From a virus: a DNA stretch of 42,947 nt. Below, piece after piece: positions 1 to 8,902 of the stretch; the stretch's first letter is position 1, and each line of letters starts with the position of its first letter. The DNA lies in the IMG/VR virus record IMGVR_UViG_3300045988_166496, positions 1 through 42,947 of that record; one strand, written 5' to 3'. The notes below the pieces were generated by a model. The model was not told where the DNA came from. It did not search any database and saw only the letters and a program-made list of their open reading frames with translations. Made by a program: the position numbers and the translations under genes.

Positions 1-119
1 AGCAAAAATCATCCCAAAGTACTTCTCCTTCTTTTTCATTTCCTATTTTAAAAGGATAACATGTAAACTTAATCGTTAATTCTCCAATTAATCCATCTTC
101 TTTAAAAGAATGTTCACTC
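1..119. repeat. Left copy of the 119-bp contig-end overlap, identical to 42829..42947. This is circular closure with a unit length of 42,828 bp.
   Basis: Base-by-base identity of 1..119 and 42829..42947. It lies inside an ORF that continues in frame across the junction. Confidence 0.9.
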
Positions 120-442
120 GCTTGAGCTAAGAAATAATAGCCTCTTATAGCATCATCTCTTAAAATATCCTTTTCTGAACCTTTTAACCAATTTACTATC
201 GCTATCTTTAAATAATTCATTTTTTCTTTGGAATAGTCCATTATATCAAATACATATGTTATAACTCTCTCCCCATATGGTACATCCCCATAAAGGGCGG
301 TAAAATCATACTCACCTTGCATAAATGGAACACTATCTTTTACATAGTTAACAGTTGGTATACCAATTTCTTTAGATTTTATAGAAATTCCAAAATCTTT
401 ATATGAATGTTTATCTTTAAATAAAATTCCATATCCTATCAT
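1..442 (-). CDS. Distal tail protein (Dit, Sipho_tail-like), N-terminal part. The gene continues in frame at 42828..42572 in the circle (699 nt, 232 aa in total).
   Basis: ATG at 442 overlaps the TMP stop (ATGA). My translation is MIGYGILFKDKHSYKDFGISIKSKEIGIPTVNYVKDSVPFMQGEYDF... It runs off position 1 and sits immediately after the tape-measure gene. Confidence 0.75.
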   Translation of the reverse strand, partial: MIGYGILFKDKHSYKDFGISIKSKEIGIPTVNYVKDSVPFMQGEYDFTALYGDVPYGERVITYVFDIMDYSKEKMNYLKIAIVNWLKGSEKDILRDDAIRGYYFLAQASEHSFKEDGLIGELTIKFTCYPFKIGNEKEGEVLWDDFC

Positions 443-3239
443 ATATTTACACCTCTATTAGATAAGTTTACCCTTTCTCCTTGGATTAACTCTAAGAATG
501 GTGCTGCTACTTGTGCTAAAACTTGGCCATTTGGCATAACTAAATCTATTTTAACTTGCTCAGGCATTTTTATTTGTTCATTTTGTTTTTCAGATATATT
601 AATGCCATTACTTCCTATTGATATATTTCTCATTAATTCTGTTCCATTATTTATAGTATCTTTTATTTTTCCTAAAAGATTTATAGAAGATCCTACTGGT
701 ATATCTGCATTTTCATCTATACCTACGCCTATTCCTTCTACGATTCCCTTACCTATAATGTCCCTCATTACCTTTGAAGGTGAATTAATTTTAAATGAAC
801 TTTGGAATCCTTTTACAACTCCATTTGCAAATGAAGAAATTTTATTTTGTAACCAACCTCCTGCGCCAGTTATTCCACTCCATATTCCTTTAACAATATC
901 TCTTCCTATGTTGGCCATTTTACTTGGAATAGATTTAAGGCCGTTAACAAGTTTATTTTTAAAATCATCTGCAGCCTTTTTACCTCTTTGTGAAAATTGT
1001 GTTGCAAAATTAATAGCTTTTTGTATTGTATTATTAAGCCATGTCCACACTCTGTTCGGTAAAGTCTTTATAAAATTTATAACATACTTTACAAAATTTG
1101 AACCTGTTTGTTTAGCTTTACTAAGCATCTGTGTTCCCCATGTAGTAACTCTAGTATATGTATTTGTAAGCCACGTCCATACTCGACTTGGTAAATTTCT
1201 GATAAAATTTATAAAATTCTTCACAAAGTTAATACCTGTTTGCTTAGCTTTATTAAGCATCTGTATTCCCCATGTAGTAACTCTAGTATATGTATTTGTA
1301 AGCCATGTCCATACTCGGCCTGGCAACTGACTAAACCAATTCCCTATTGATTCTATCCAAAGTGGTACATTTGTAGCAAAATAATTCCATGTATTTACTA
1401 TCCAACTTGCTATCGTTCCAAGTGCTACTCCTAATGCATATCCTATTTTGGCAGGTAATTGATTAAACCAATTACCAATACTACTTATAAGATTTATTCC
1501 CCATTGTATAAAAGAATTATATGTATTAGTACACCAATTCAGTATACCTTGTAATACTTCTGATAATTTATCTAATATTACTTGACCTATTCCTAAAAAT
1601 ATTTCTTTTATGACATTCCATAAATCTGTAAGTATTTGTGTAGCATTATCTTTTAAATGTGTGAATAATCCTTTAATTCCTTCAAAGGCGCCTTGCCAAT
1701 CACCTGTTAAAAGACTAATCATTATAGATATTGAATCACTTATATAGTCTACTATTAAACCAAACGAATCTTCTATAATTGCATATAAATCTATAAATGC
1801 ATCTCCAAAATAGCCATTTATGCTGTATCCCCATTCAATCAATGGTTCAAGTAAGTTTCCTAAATCATTTGCAAAAATGTCCTTTAAAGCATTTGTACCA
1901 TCTAATAGCAATTGCCTAATACTTACTATTATGTTTTTAAAATCACCTTTTAACTTTTCACCTAATTTTTTAGCATCTTGAGATAACTTATCAAAATTAC
2001 CCGAAAATAAATCTTCAAGTAATGTTTTTACGCCACTTATTAAATCACTAAAAAAAGTTTTAAATGAACCAAAAATATTCATCAATGAATTAAACGCTGT
2101 TTGTACACTTATTGGAGCTTTTACTATTACATTAAGTATATTATCCCATAAATTAATGAAGAAGTTTCTAAATGCTTCACAATTATTCCAAAGATAAATT
2201 ACTGCTGCAACTATAGCTACAATAATCGCTATAATTGGGTGCGCTGCTATTAATCCAAATAGACCACTAATTGCGCCTTTAATACTTCCAATAATACCTG
2301 TTATTCTAGCAAAATTCAGTCCCTTCAATCTTATATAGAGTCCTATTATATTGGATAAACCTGTTGCTATAGCTCCTATTAATATAAGTAAAGGTCCTAT
2401 TGCTGCTATAACCACTCCTATAATAGCTATAGTTGTCTTTGTTCCACTACTAAGTCCATTAAATTTTTCTACTAATACTTGTACTACTGATACAATTTTC
2501 TTTATGGCAGGCAATAAAGCTTCACCTATACTTATCGCTGCACCTTCAAGTGCACTTTTTAATGATGTTATTTGACCATTTAAATTATCTTGCATTGTAG
2601 CAGCTACATCATTTAAAACTCCATCGCAGTCACCAAGTTCTGCTGATAAGCTATCCCACTCTTCTGATGCACCAGATAATAATGCATTTAATGTATCTAA
2701 TTGTGTTTTACCACCAATCATAGCCAGGTATGTATCTCTTTGTTCATTTGTACATGTAGATAACTTTTGATTTAATTCATCAAATACAACTTTCAAGCCT
2801 TTAAATTTACCATCACTATCATATGCACTTATTCCTAACTTTTTCATAGCCACACCAGCTTGACCTGCTCCTGATGTTAAGTTGACCATTATTGAGTTGA
2901 GTGCATTACCAGCTTCACTACCTTTTTTACCTCTATTAGCTAAAACCCCTAAAGCAGTTGCACTTTCTTGTGTGCTTACTTTTAGGTTTTTCATAGTTCC
3001 ACCGCATGCTATATAAGCTTCTAACATAGCATCAGCTGTTGTATTACTTTTTCTTTGTGCTTGTGCACAAATATCTAAATAACTTCCTAAGTCTTTTACT
3101 TTTATTCCTAATGCCGACATACTGTCAGTAACGAGGTCTGATGTTCTGGCCAAATCGGTACCTGCTGCCTCACTTAATCTTAATATCGGTTCAATTCCTC
3201 CGAGCATTTGCGAAGTATCCCATCCGGCGAGAGCCATGT
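439..3239 (-). CDS. Tail tape measure protein, exon 2 (the spliced product with 3617..4259 is 1147 aa)
   Basis: ORF track 439..3258. It has the core MALAGWDTSQMLGGIEPILRLSEAAGTDLARTSDLVTDSMSALG typical of TP901-type TMPs, a long hydrophobic middle and W-rich C-terminal repeats. The 5' boundary is set by the splice model. Confidence 0.85.
1020..1325 (-). repeat. About 2.3 tandem copies of a 132-bp (44-aa) unit inside the tape-measure gene
   Basis: The anchor 'aagcc' recurs at 1036, 1168 and 1300, an exact 132-nt period. The peptide LP(G/S/N)RVWTWLTNTYTRVTTWG(I/T)QML(N/S)KAKQTG.NFVK..INFI is repeated. Confidence 0.85.
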
Positions 3240-3616
3240 CGAATGTTATTAACGTCAAGTTCTTTATCTTGACCTCTGGAGGTTTCCCTCATTTGAAATT
3301 ATCTCATCAACTTGTTAATTCAAGTCCAGTCTAGGGTACGCTTTTATCACATGTATTCATTTCTCAGAATACATGGCTTACTGATAGGGGACACTCATGG
3401 GGAAATTATATTCTATATAGTATCTCAACTAAATAGTTTCATTCCCAACTCGTTACGATGCCTATAACATTTTAATATTATAGGTTATCTCGGCACCAGG
3501 ACACTACACCCTCTTCCGATATTGCCCCCTCATATACCATAACCTACCTGTAAGCTTTCGTTATGGTCGCCACCAACTTTATTCCCAAGTGTATTAACAG
3601 AATAAAGTTCTTTTTT
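3240..3616 (-). ncRNA. ORF-less intervening sequence in the tape-measure gene, a candidate group I self-splicing intron (about 377 nt, junctions uncertain by a few nt)
   Basis: Its removal joins ...KESADALS-Y-MALAGWDT... in frame. It starts after a U and ends with a G. It is GC-richer than the flanks. Stems seen on the plus strand: 3575-3583/3601-3609, 3536-3543/3560-3567, 3350-3358/3367-3375, and a GAGG-GAAA-CCUC tetraloop hairpin at 3279-3290. Confidence 0.6.
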
Positions 3617-4259
3617 AGCTTAATGCATCTGCACTCTCTTTCGCACTTTTAGATGTACTTGCTCCCATTTCCTTTGCCTTTTGTTCTAAAGCTTTTAAAT
3701 CATCTCCTGTTGCTCCACTTATTGCTTCTACATTACTCATAGATGATTCAAAATCTGCAGCAGTTTTTACACTTACTGCGCCTACTCCAGTTATTGCGGC
3801 TGTTACTGGCAGTAATGCTTGTCCTGCATTTGTACATTTACTTCCAAAATCGGCTAAGTTTTCTTTAGCTGAAATTAAGCTTGCATCTACAGTTGTTCCA
3901 AAATTTCTAGCTTCTCTTTCTAAACTTTCTAGCCTTTGCTCTGTTGCTGCTATTTCTCTTTGAAAATCTCTATATTGTTGTTCTGTAATCTCTCCTCGCT
4001 CAAATTGTGCTTGAACTTGTTGTTGTGCATTTTTTAGTGTGTCTAATTTTTCTTTTGTCCTTTGTATAGATTGTGAGAGAAGATCTTGCTTCTGTTTTAT
4101 TAAAGTTACGTTTGAAGGGTCGTATTTTAAAAGTGTATTTACACCTTTTAATTCTTTTTGCAAACTTCTAGTTTGTGTATCTACATCCTTTAATGCATTA
4201 CCTAATTTGGTAGTGTCTCCACCTATTTCAATAGTAATACCTTTTAATGCTCTTCCCAT
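3617..4259 (-). CDS. Tail tape measure protein, exon 1 (N-terminal coiled-coil part)
   Basis: ORF track 3615..4259. The sequence begins MGRALKGITIEIGGDTTKLGNALKDVDTQTRSLQKELK... The in-frame stop is supplied by the first intron nucleotides. RBS is GGGAGGAG. Confidence 0.8.
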
Positions 4260-4869
4260 TATTCTCCTCCCTTCTTATATTTTTTTCTTAACTTATCACG
4301 TTCCGGCTTAGTTTGTTCAAGTCTATAAGCATTTTCTAAATACTCTCTTCCTTCTTTTGTCTTTTTACATGTACCGATAAATATATCTCTTCTCAAGATC
4401 AAATAATCTACAATATCAAGTTCTAAAACTTCATATATACTTAAATTTGTATTTATAGCAATTTCTCTTAACCAAAACGTATTATCTTCATAATTAAATC
4501 CCGCATCATCTTCATCTGACGGATAATACGGGAGCTTTAGTTTTTTTCATCTACTATATTACTCACAAACTCCATATAGGCCTCAAAGAATTGTATGATA
4601 TCTTCAAAATCTAATAATTCCTCAACTTGAGCTTGTGTAATTTTTTTACCATTTTTATTTCTATTCAATATATCTGTACATGCTGAATACAAATCATTCA
4701 TAGCTTCTTTATTTTCCTGTGTATCTTCTTTTATTAACTCTTCCATATTCAGTAATTTATCTAATATTTTTTTAGTTGGTGTCATTAAAAATAATTTAGT
4801 TTGATTTTCATCAGCTAATGTAACAGTTATTGTTTTTTTTCTTGTATTATTAAAATTAAATTGACTCAT
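4259..4869 (-). CDS. Tail assembly chaperone, -1 frameshift fusion (gpGT-like, about 203 aa)
   Basis: An open -1 frame without a start codon runs from 4540 to the stop at 4259-4261 (LKLPYYPSDEDDAGFNYEDN...KKYKKGGE*). It is reached through the A_AAA_AAC heptamer. Confidence 0.65.
4537..4869 (-). CDS. Tail assembly chaperone (gpG-like, short form)
   Basis: A 110-aa acidic protein between the major tail and tape-measure genes. RBS is AGGAGG. It ends in a slippery run. Confidence 0.75.
   Translation of the reverse strand: MSQFNFNNTRKKTITVTLADENQTKLFLMTPTKKILDKLLNMEELIKEDTQENKEAMNDLYSACTDILNRNKNGKKITQAQVEELLDFEDIIQFFEAYMEFVSNIVDEKN
4540..4546 (-). promoter_or_regulatory. Slippery heptamer A_AAA_AAC for a programmed -1 ribosomal frameshift
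   Basis: Minus strand reads GAT GAA AAA AAC TAA. It fits the X_XXY_YYZ pattern in the zero frame, directly before the gpG stop. Confidence 0.6.
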
Positions 4870-4880
4870 TTTTGCCTCCT

Positions 4881-4923
4881 AAAAAAAATAGAGCTTGCTT
4901 TAGTTAACTTTAGCAAACTCTAT
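4881..4923 (-). terminator. Hairpin plus U-run between the major tail gene and the chaperone gene (attenuating terminator)
   Basis: atagag(c/t)ttgct...agcaaactctat imperfect inverted repeat at 4888-4923, followed on the minus strand by a T8 run. Confidence 0.5.
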
Positions 4924-4931
4924 TTTTATTT

Positions 4932-5507
4932 TTATTGTTTTCCTTCTTCTTGTGTTTGTTGCCCTTCTTGTGTTTTGTCTATTTCTTCAATATACTGAAT
5001 TAATGTTCCTTCTTTATCATGTGGTTTTGCCTTAAACTCTGCATCAATTACTGTTTCTTTATCTTTTGCAAAAGCAAGTGAAAATCCAGATTGATTATTT
5101 CCTACAATCATCACATATATATCGCCATCTTCAGCATCTTCATGTTTAAAGCATATTACATATGATTTTTTATCTTGATTTCCTACTCCACCAATTTTTA
5201 CAGTTCGTTTACCATCTGCTTCTGTAACTCTACCTGTTGCACATAGCTTTTTCAATACATTTCCGTTAAATGTTAACACTCCTGTTTTTAGTGTTACTTC
5301 TTCCTCTGTCAATATAGTTTTTGTTACATACCCTAAATCATCTTTAGCTTCATAAAAAGTTGGTTTGTATTCTAATGTTGCTCCACCTTGAATATATCCT
5401 AATCTATTTTCTTCTACACATAAAGCATCTATATCTGGTATAGTATCTGTAAATTCTTTTGTAAAAACTTTACCACTACCTAACACAATTCTTTCCTTAC
5501 CAGCCAT
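4932..5507 (-). CDS. Major tail protein
   Basis: A 191-aa ORF directly upstream of the chaperone/TMP genes. The call rests on position and size, and the C-terminus is acidic. Confidence 0.7.
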   Translation of the reverse strand: MAGKERIVLGSGKVFTKEFTDTIPDIDALCVEENRLGYIQGGATLEYKPTFYEAKDDLGYVTKTILTEEEVTLKTGVLTFNGNVLKKLCATGRVTEADGKRTVKIGGVGNQDKKSYVICFKHEDAEDGDIYVMIVGNNQSGFSLAFAKDKETVIDAEFKAKPHDKEGTLIQYIEEIDKTQEGQQTQEEGKQ

Positions 5508-5511
5508 TACT

Positions 5512-5844
5512 TTAATCCTCCTTAATTGTTTTGACTTTCTCTTTATACTTAAAACTAAATATAGTTAAATAAATTTGTTCCCCTTCTATAAAAGTCCTAT
5601 CTTCTTTTTGGTATTCCATACCAATATTTCTTAAATTTTTTTCTATAATATTTTCATTTTTTTGTATAGATTCTATTTTTTCTCCATAAAGTTCAACTGT
5701 TACCTCATGATCACACAAAAATATTTTTAAATCAGCACCACCAAAGTTTTTTTCATCTTTATAAATAATATAATCAGATGGTGCTTTTTTAAATTTGGTT
5801 TCTTTATATGGTATATCTAGTCCATTAAAAACTTTATTTAGCAT
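5512..5844 (-). CDS. Tail completion / tail terminator-like protein (position-based call)
   Basis: A 110-aa ORF between the HK97 gp10-like gene and the major tail gene. Confidence 0.55.
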   Translation of the reverse strand: MLNKVFNGLDIPYKETKFKKAPSDYIIYKDEKNFGGADLKIFLCDHEVTVELYGEKIESIQKNENIIEKNLRNIGMEYQKEDRTFIEGEQIYLTIFSFKYKEKVKTIKED

Positions 5845-6229
5845 TTCTTATTACTCCTTCAATACCTCTTGTATATTGAGCTTCTATTACACTTAAATTA
5901 GATGCTATAAATCCAAATCCTGGAACAAATCCTCCATTTTTTGTTCTATGTCCTTTTTCTAACAGATGCGATAACCTATAGTCAGGGTCTTTTACATACC
6001 ATTCCATTATAAAACTTGTATTTGTATTTTCAGATACTCTAGATGTTATTTGGTCCTTATAATGTTTATGCCTTTTTCCTACTGGTGCACTTTCTGAGGT
6101 ATTTTGTACAAAATCCTTCATAGCTTTTTTAACTTCTGATTTTATACCTTTTATAATAAGGCTATTATAATTTTCCAATTGACCTTTTATAGCACTGTTT
6201 AACTCTTCTGCTCTTATAGTAGTACTCAT
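5834..6229 (-). CDS. HK97 gp10-like head-tail joining protein
   Basis: A 131-aa ORF with a ...LLEKGHRTKNGGFVPG... motif and matching synteny. Confidence 0.6.
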   Translation of the reverse strand: MSTTIRAEELNSAIKGQLENYNSLIIKGIKSEVKKAMKDFVQNTSESAPVGKRHKHYKDQITSRVSENTNTSFIMEWYVKDPDYRLSHLLEKGHRTKNGGFVPGFGFIASNLSVIEAQYTRGIEGVIRNAK

Positions 6230-6531
6230 TAATAACTTTCTCCTATTAATTTAATAGTTCTATGCTTTAGCATATAATCATCATATTCTGTTATGTTATA
6301 TCTCTGATTATTATATACAATCCTATAATATTGAGTATTAAAGGCTATTTCACTTAAAGGTTTACAATATCTTATATCAAAAGTTAATATTTGCTTGGAT
6401 CTATCGGCACCAGCACTTATATTTTCAGAATAATTATAAGTGTTAATTCTAGCATGAAGTGATATATATTTACTCCAGGTATCATCATTATCATTTAATT
6501 TTTCTATTGTAATAGGTTTGTCAAATACCAT
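6229..6531 (-). CDS. Head closure / head-tail adaptor protein
   Basis: Start moved to ATG 6531 (MVFDKPITIEKLND) because AAGGAG lies 8 nt upstream. Synteny places it after the connector. Confidence 0.6.
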   Translation of the reverse strand: MVFDKPITIEKLNDNDDTWSKYISLHARINTYNYSENISAGADRSKQILTFDIRYCKPLSEIAFNTQYYRIVYNNQRYNITEYDDYMLKHRTIKLIGESY

Positions 6532-6532
6532 T

Positions 6533-6814
6533 TTAATTTCTCCTTGCTTCCATTTGCAGCTGTAATGCAAAATCATTAACTAATCGTCTTATATTATAAC
6601 TAACTTTATCATGTAAATCATGATTGTCATAAAGATCCGAAATCACAACAAGGGCTAATTCTTTAGCCCTTGCATCTTCTCTGTCAAAACTTTTACCTAT
6701 TGCACCTTTTAAAAAACTCTCTGCTACTTTTATAAGATTGTTTAATCTTCTATTTACCATATCATCGTCATAATCGATACCTAAATAGTCTTTTACTTCT
6801 TGTAACTCAAGCAT
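6533..6814 (-). CDS. gp6-like head-tail connector protein
   Basis: MLELQEVKDYLGIDYDDDMVNRRLNNLIKVAESFLKGAIG is the typical Phage_connect_1 N-terminus. Confidence 0.7.
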   Translation of the reverse strand: MLELQEVKDYLGIDYDDDMVNRRLNNLIKVAESFLKGAIGKSFDREDARAKELALVVISDLYDNHDLHDKVSYNIRRLVNDFALQLQMEARRN

Positions 6815-6827
6815 TTTTAACTCCTAA

Positions 6828-8102
6828 TTAATCATTAATTAATATATATCCGTTAACAAAAGCTTTTTCATCTTTTACTTTTACATCTTCTCTTTCTATT
6901 GCTCTAAATATAGTTAAATCTTCTTCGTATGCATTTAAATCTCCGATTTGTGCCACATCTGATACTTTTATATTCATTTTCTTTCTATCAAAGTATATTA
7001 TACCTTCCCTTAAATCTCCGCAAATAAAAGGAACTTTTAATCCTTTTGCTTCGTAATAATTTGCAATATTTTCTGTAGATGCTGATGAAACTTCTTTATA
7101 AGTACCATCGCTTTCTTTTGTATAATAAGTTTTTTTACTTGTTACTGATGTATCTGATGTTTTTTCGTAATTTACTTTACTTTGCATATCTTCATTAGGA
7201 TATACTTTTACTGGAATTATATTTGTTCCTGCACATAATTTTGCTTGCATAGGATTTGCTGGATCTGGTTGCAATAAATATTTTCCATCAGCATCTTTTA
7301 ATGTATCTAGATATTGTAATCCATCATCATTAGTAACAAGTGTTGATGTTGGTTTAAATGCTTGTCCTAAAGTTACATTAAATGCTTTTTTAATATCATC
7401 AAGTCCCTCTAATTTAACCTCTTCTTTAGCTGCTATTACTGCTAATATTAATTGATTAGCTGTTACTCTTGATTCATCTCCTATCCATGTAACTATTACA
7501 TCTGTAATATTTTGGTCTGAATCCTCTAACAGTTCATTCGTAACAGGAAAATACCCTGCAAATTTTTCTATTTCATAATTAAGTCTTGTAAATTGTGGTG
7601 TTGCTTTTTTACCTATTTTAGAACCTTCACCAACTTTTTTGAAACCAGTTTGTTGCGCTCTACTTTTGAATGTTCTAGAACCTTTATTTGTGCTTACAGG
7701 TTCTACTGTTACCAATTCTAAAAGAGATGCCTTTGATTCTCTATATGTATTTATTTTTGTTTGTATATCTTCTGGAACTGTATATCCTCCGTCAGCATTA
7801 CTTCCTTCACTCATATCTTTAACCCTAAAGCCATTTCTTGCTGCTTCTGCAAACTGTTTTACTGCATCTTTTTCTTCATTTTGTTGTTGTTGTTTCTCTA
7901 TTTCTTCTGCATCTGGAGTATTAGCTTCTTTAGTTTGTTCAAATATTCTTTTTTCTAATTCAAACTCTTTTTTTATTTCTTCTGCTTCATCCATTAATTT
8001 TGATGCTTTTTCAAGATCCTTATTTTCACCTTCCATATAACTTTTAGCTAATTCAATTTTTTCATCAAATTTTGCTAATAATTCTCTCATTCTTTTATTC
8101 AT
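6828..8102 (-). CDS. Major capsid protein, HK97 family
   Basis: A 424-aa ORF with an N-terminal coiled-coil delta-like region, then ...NADGGYTVPEDIQTKI... It follows the portal and protease genes. Confidence 0.85.
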   Translation of the reverse strand: MNKRMRELLAKFDEKIELAKSYMEGENKDLEKASKLMDEAEEIKKEFELEKRIFEQTKEANTPDAEEIEKQQQQNEEKDAVKQFAEAARNGFRVKDMSEGSNADGGYTVPEDIQTKINTYRESKASLLELVTVEPVSTNKGSRTFKSRAQQTGFKKVGEGSKIGKKATPQFTRLNYEIEKFAGYFPVTNELLEDSDQNITDVIVTWIGDESRVTANQLILAVIAAKEEVKLEGLDDIKKAFNVTLGQAFKPTSTLVTNDDGLQYLDTLKDADGKYLLQPDPANPMQAKLCAGTNIIPVKVYPNEDMQSKVNYEKTSDTSVTSKKTYYTKESDGTYKEVSSASTENIANYYEAKGLKVPFICGDLREGIIYFDRKKMNIKVSDVAQIGDLNAYEEDLTIFRAIEREDVKVKDEKAFVNGYILIND

Positions 8103-8901
8103 TTATTTCATCTCCTTTGTTTGTATTTAAAAATAAAAAAGAATCTGCCATTTTTACTTTTAAAAATAAATCAGATTCCTTTGTTTTATCCTCATTTGAA
8201 TTTTTATTATCTATATGTGCTTGCTTTGTTGTCCCAGTATCTATATTCTCGATTGCACCATAGTTTTTCGTTGTTCCTGCTCTTGGTTGTGCTGGAACTG
8301 CAACTAAAGATAGTTCATAAGCTTCTTTTGCTCCATCTAGTGTAAAATAACATCTTTTTTTACCATCTTTTGTATCATATTCTCTTCCTGGCCAATGTGG
8401 GCAATATGTTTTTGCATTATCTGTTCCACAAATACTGCAATATGCATGTTTTGTTTTACACCCTGTTGATACCTCTTTTTTTATGCCAGCCTTTATTTCT
8501 GCTATTAATTCCTCATTTTTAGGAGTTTTTAGCATATATTGCTTGGTTATTAACTTTGTAAATGGTTCATTTGCTCCAGTCATTTTGCTTTCTGTTACTA
8601 ATTCTGTATCAAATATTCTAGCAACTTGATTATCTGCACTTCTTCTATGATCCTTTATTACAGTTTTTCCTACATATAACTTTTGTAAGTCTTTAAGTGC
8701 ATTTAAATTAAATGGTTCATTGTTTCTATCATCTAATTCATTATCTCCAACTATAGTTTTAAAAACAAATATATCTTCAGCTGTTACTGGTTCTAATGTA
8801 AATTTATTTATTTTTTTTAAATCTTCATCAGTAACGTTACATGATTCAACACTTGCTGATTTATAAATTACACCTTCATCTACTATTTTATTGTCATTCA
8901 T
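8095..8901 (-). CDS. Prohead protease candidate
   Basis: Start set at ATG 8901 (MNDNKIV), with AGGAGGTGA upstream. It lies between the portal and capsid genes and has a ...IKDHRRSADNQVARIFD... motif. Confidence 0.55.
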   Translation of the reverse strand: MNDNKIVDEGVIYKSASVESCNVTDEDLKKINKFTLEPVTAEDIFVFKTIVGDNELDDRNNEPFNLNALKDLQKLYVGKTVIKDHRRSADNQVARIFDTELVTESKMTGANEPFTKLITKQYMLKTPKNEELIAEIKAGIKKEVSTGCKTKHAYCSICGTDNAKTYCPHWPGREYDTKDGKKRCYFTLDGAKEAYELSLVAVPAQPRAGTTKNYGAIENIDTGTTKQAHIDNKNSNEDKTKESDLFLKVKMADSFLFLNTNKGDEINE

Positions 8902-8902
8902 C

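Noticed and set aside
602-1330. Long plus-strand ORF (242 aa) antisense to the tape-measure gene, together with similar plus-strand track ORFs: 2351-2575, 4039-4311, 7639-8040, 7761-7958, 8072-8345, 10233-10475, 10947-11162, 12814-12996, 14236-14421, 14978-15244, 15497-15703, 16222-16422, 17107-17346, 17673-18066, 18852-19238, 19596-19850, 20178-20669, 21928-22155, 22701-22886, 23716-23916, 24421-24615, 31446-31643, 33640-33840, 36602-36901, 38202-38384 and 39577-39822.
   Set aside because: All lie fully antisense to well-supported minus-strand genes or cross structured non-coding regions. They have low-complexity F/L/I/S-rich translations and no RBS, which is typical of shadow ORFs in AT-rich DNA.
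3259-3614. The gap in the tape-measure gene read as a pseudogenising insertion, a tRNA/tmRNA gene or a mobile-element remnant
   Set aside because: There is no cloverleaf-like structure, no terminal inverted repeats and no ORF. Excision restores both the frame and a conserved TMP motif, which favours an intron. It is kept as a finding with stated uncertainty.
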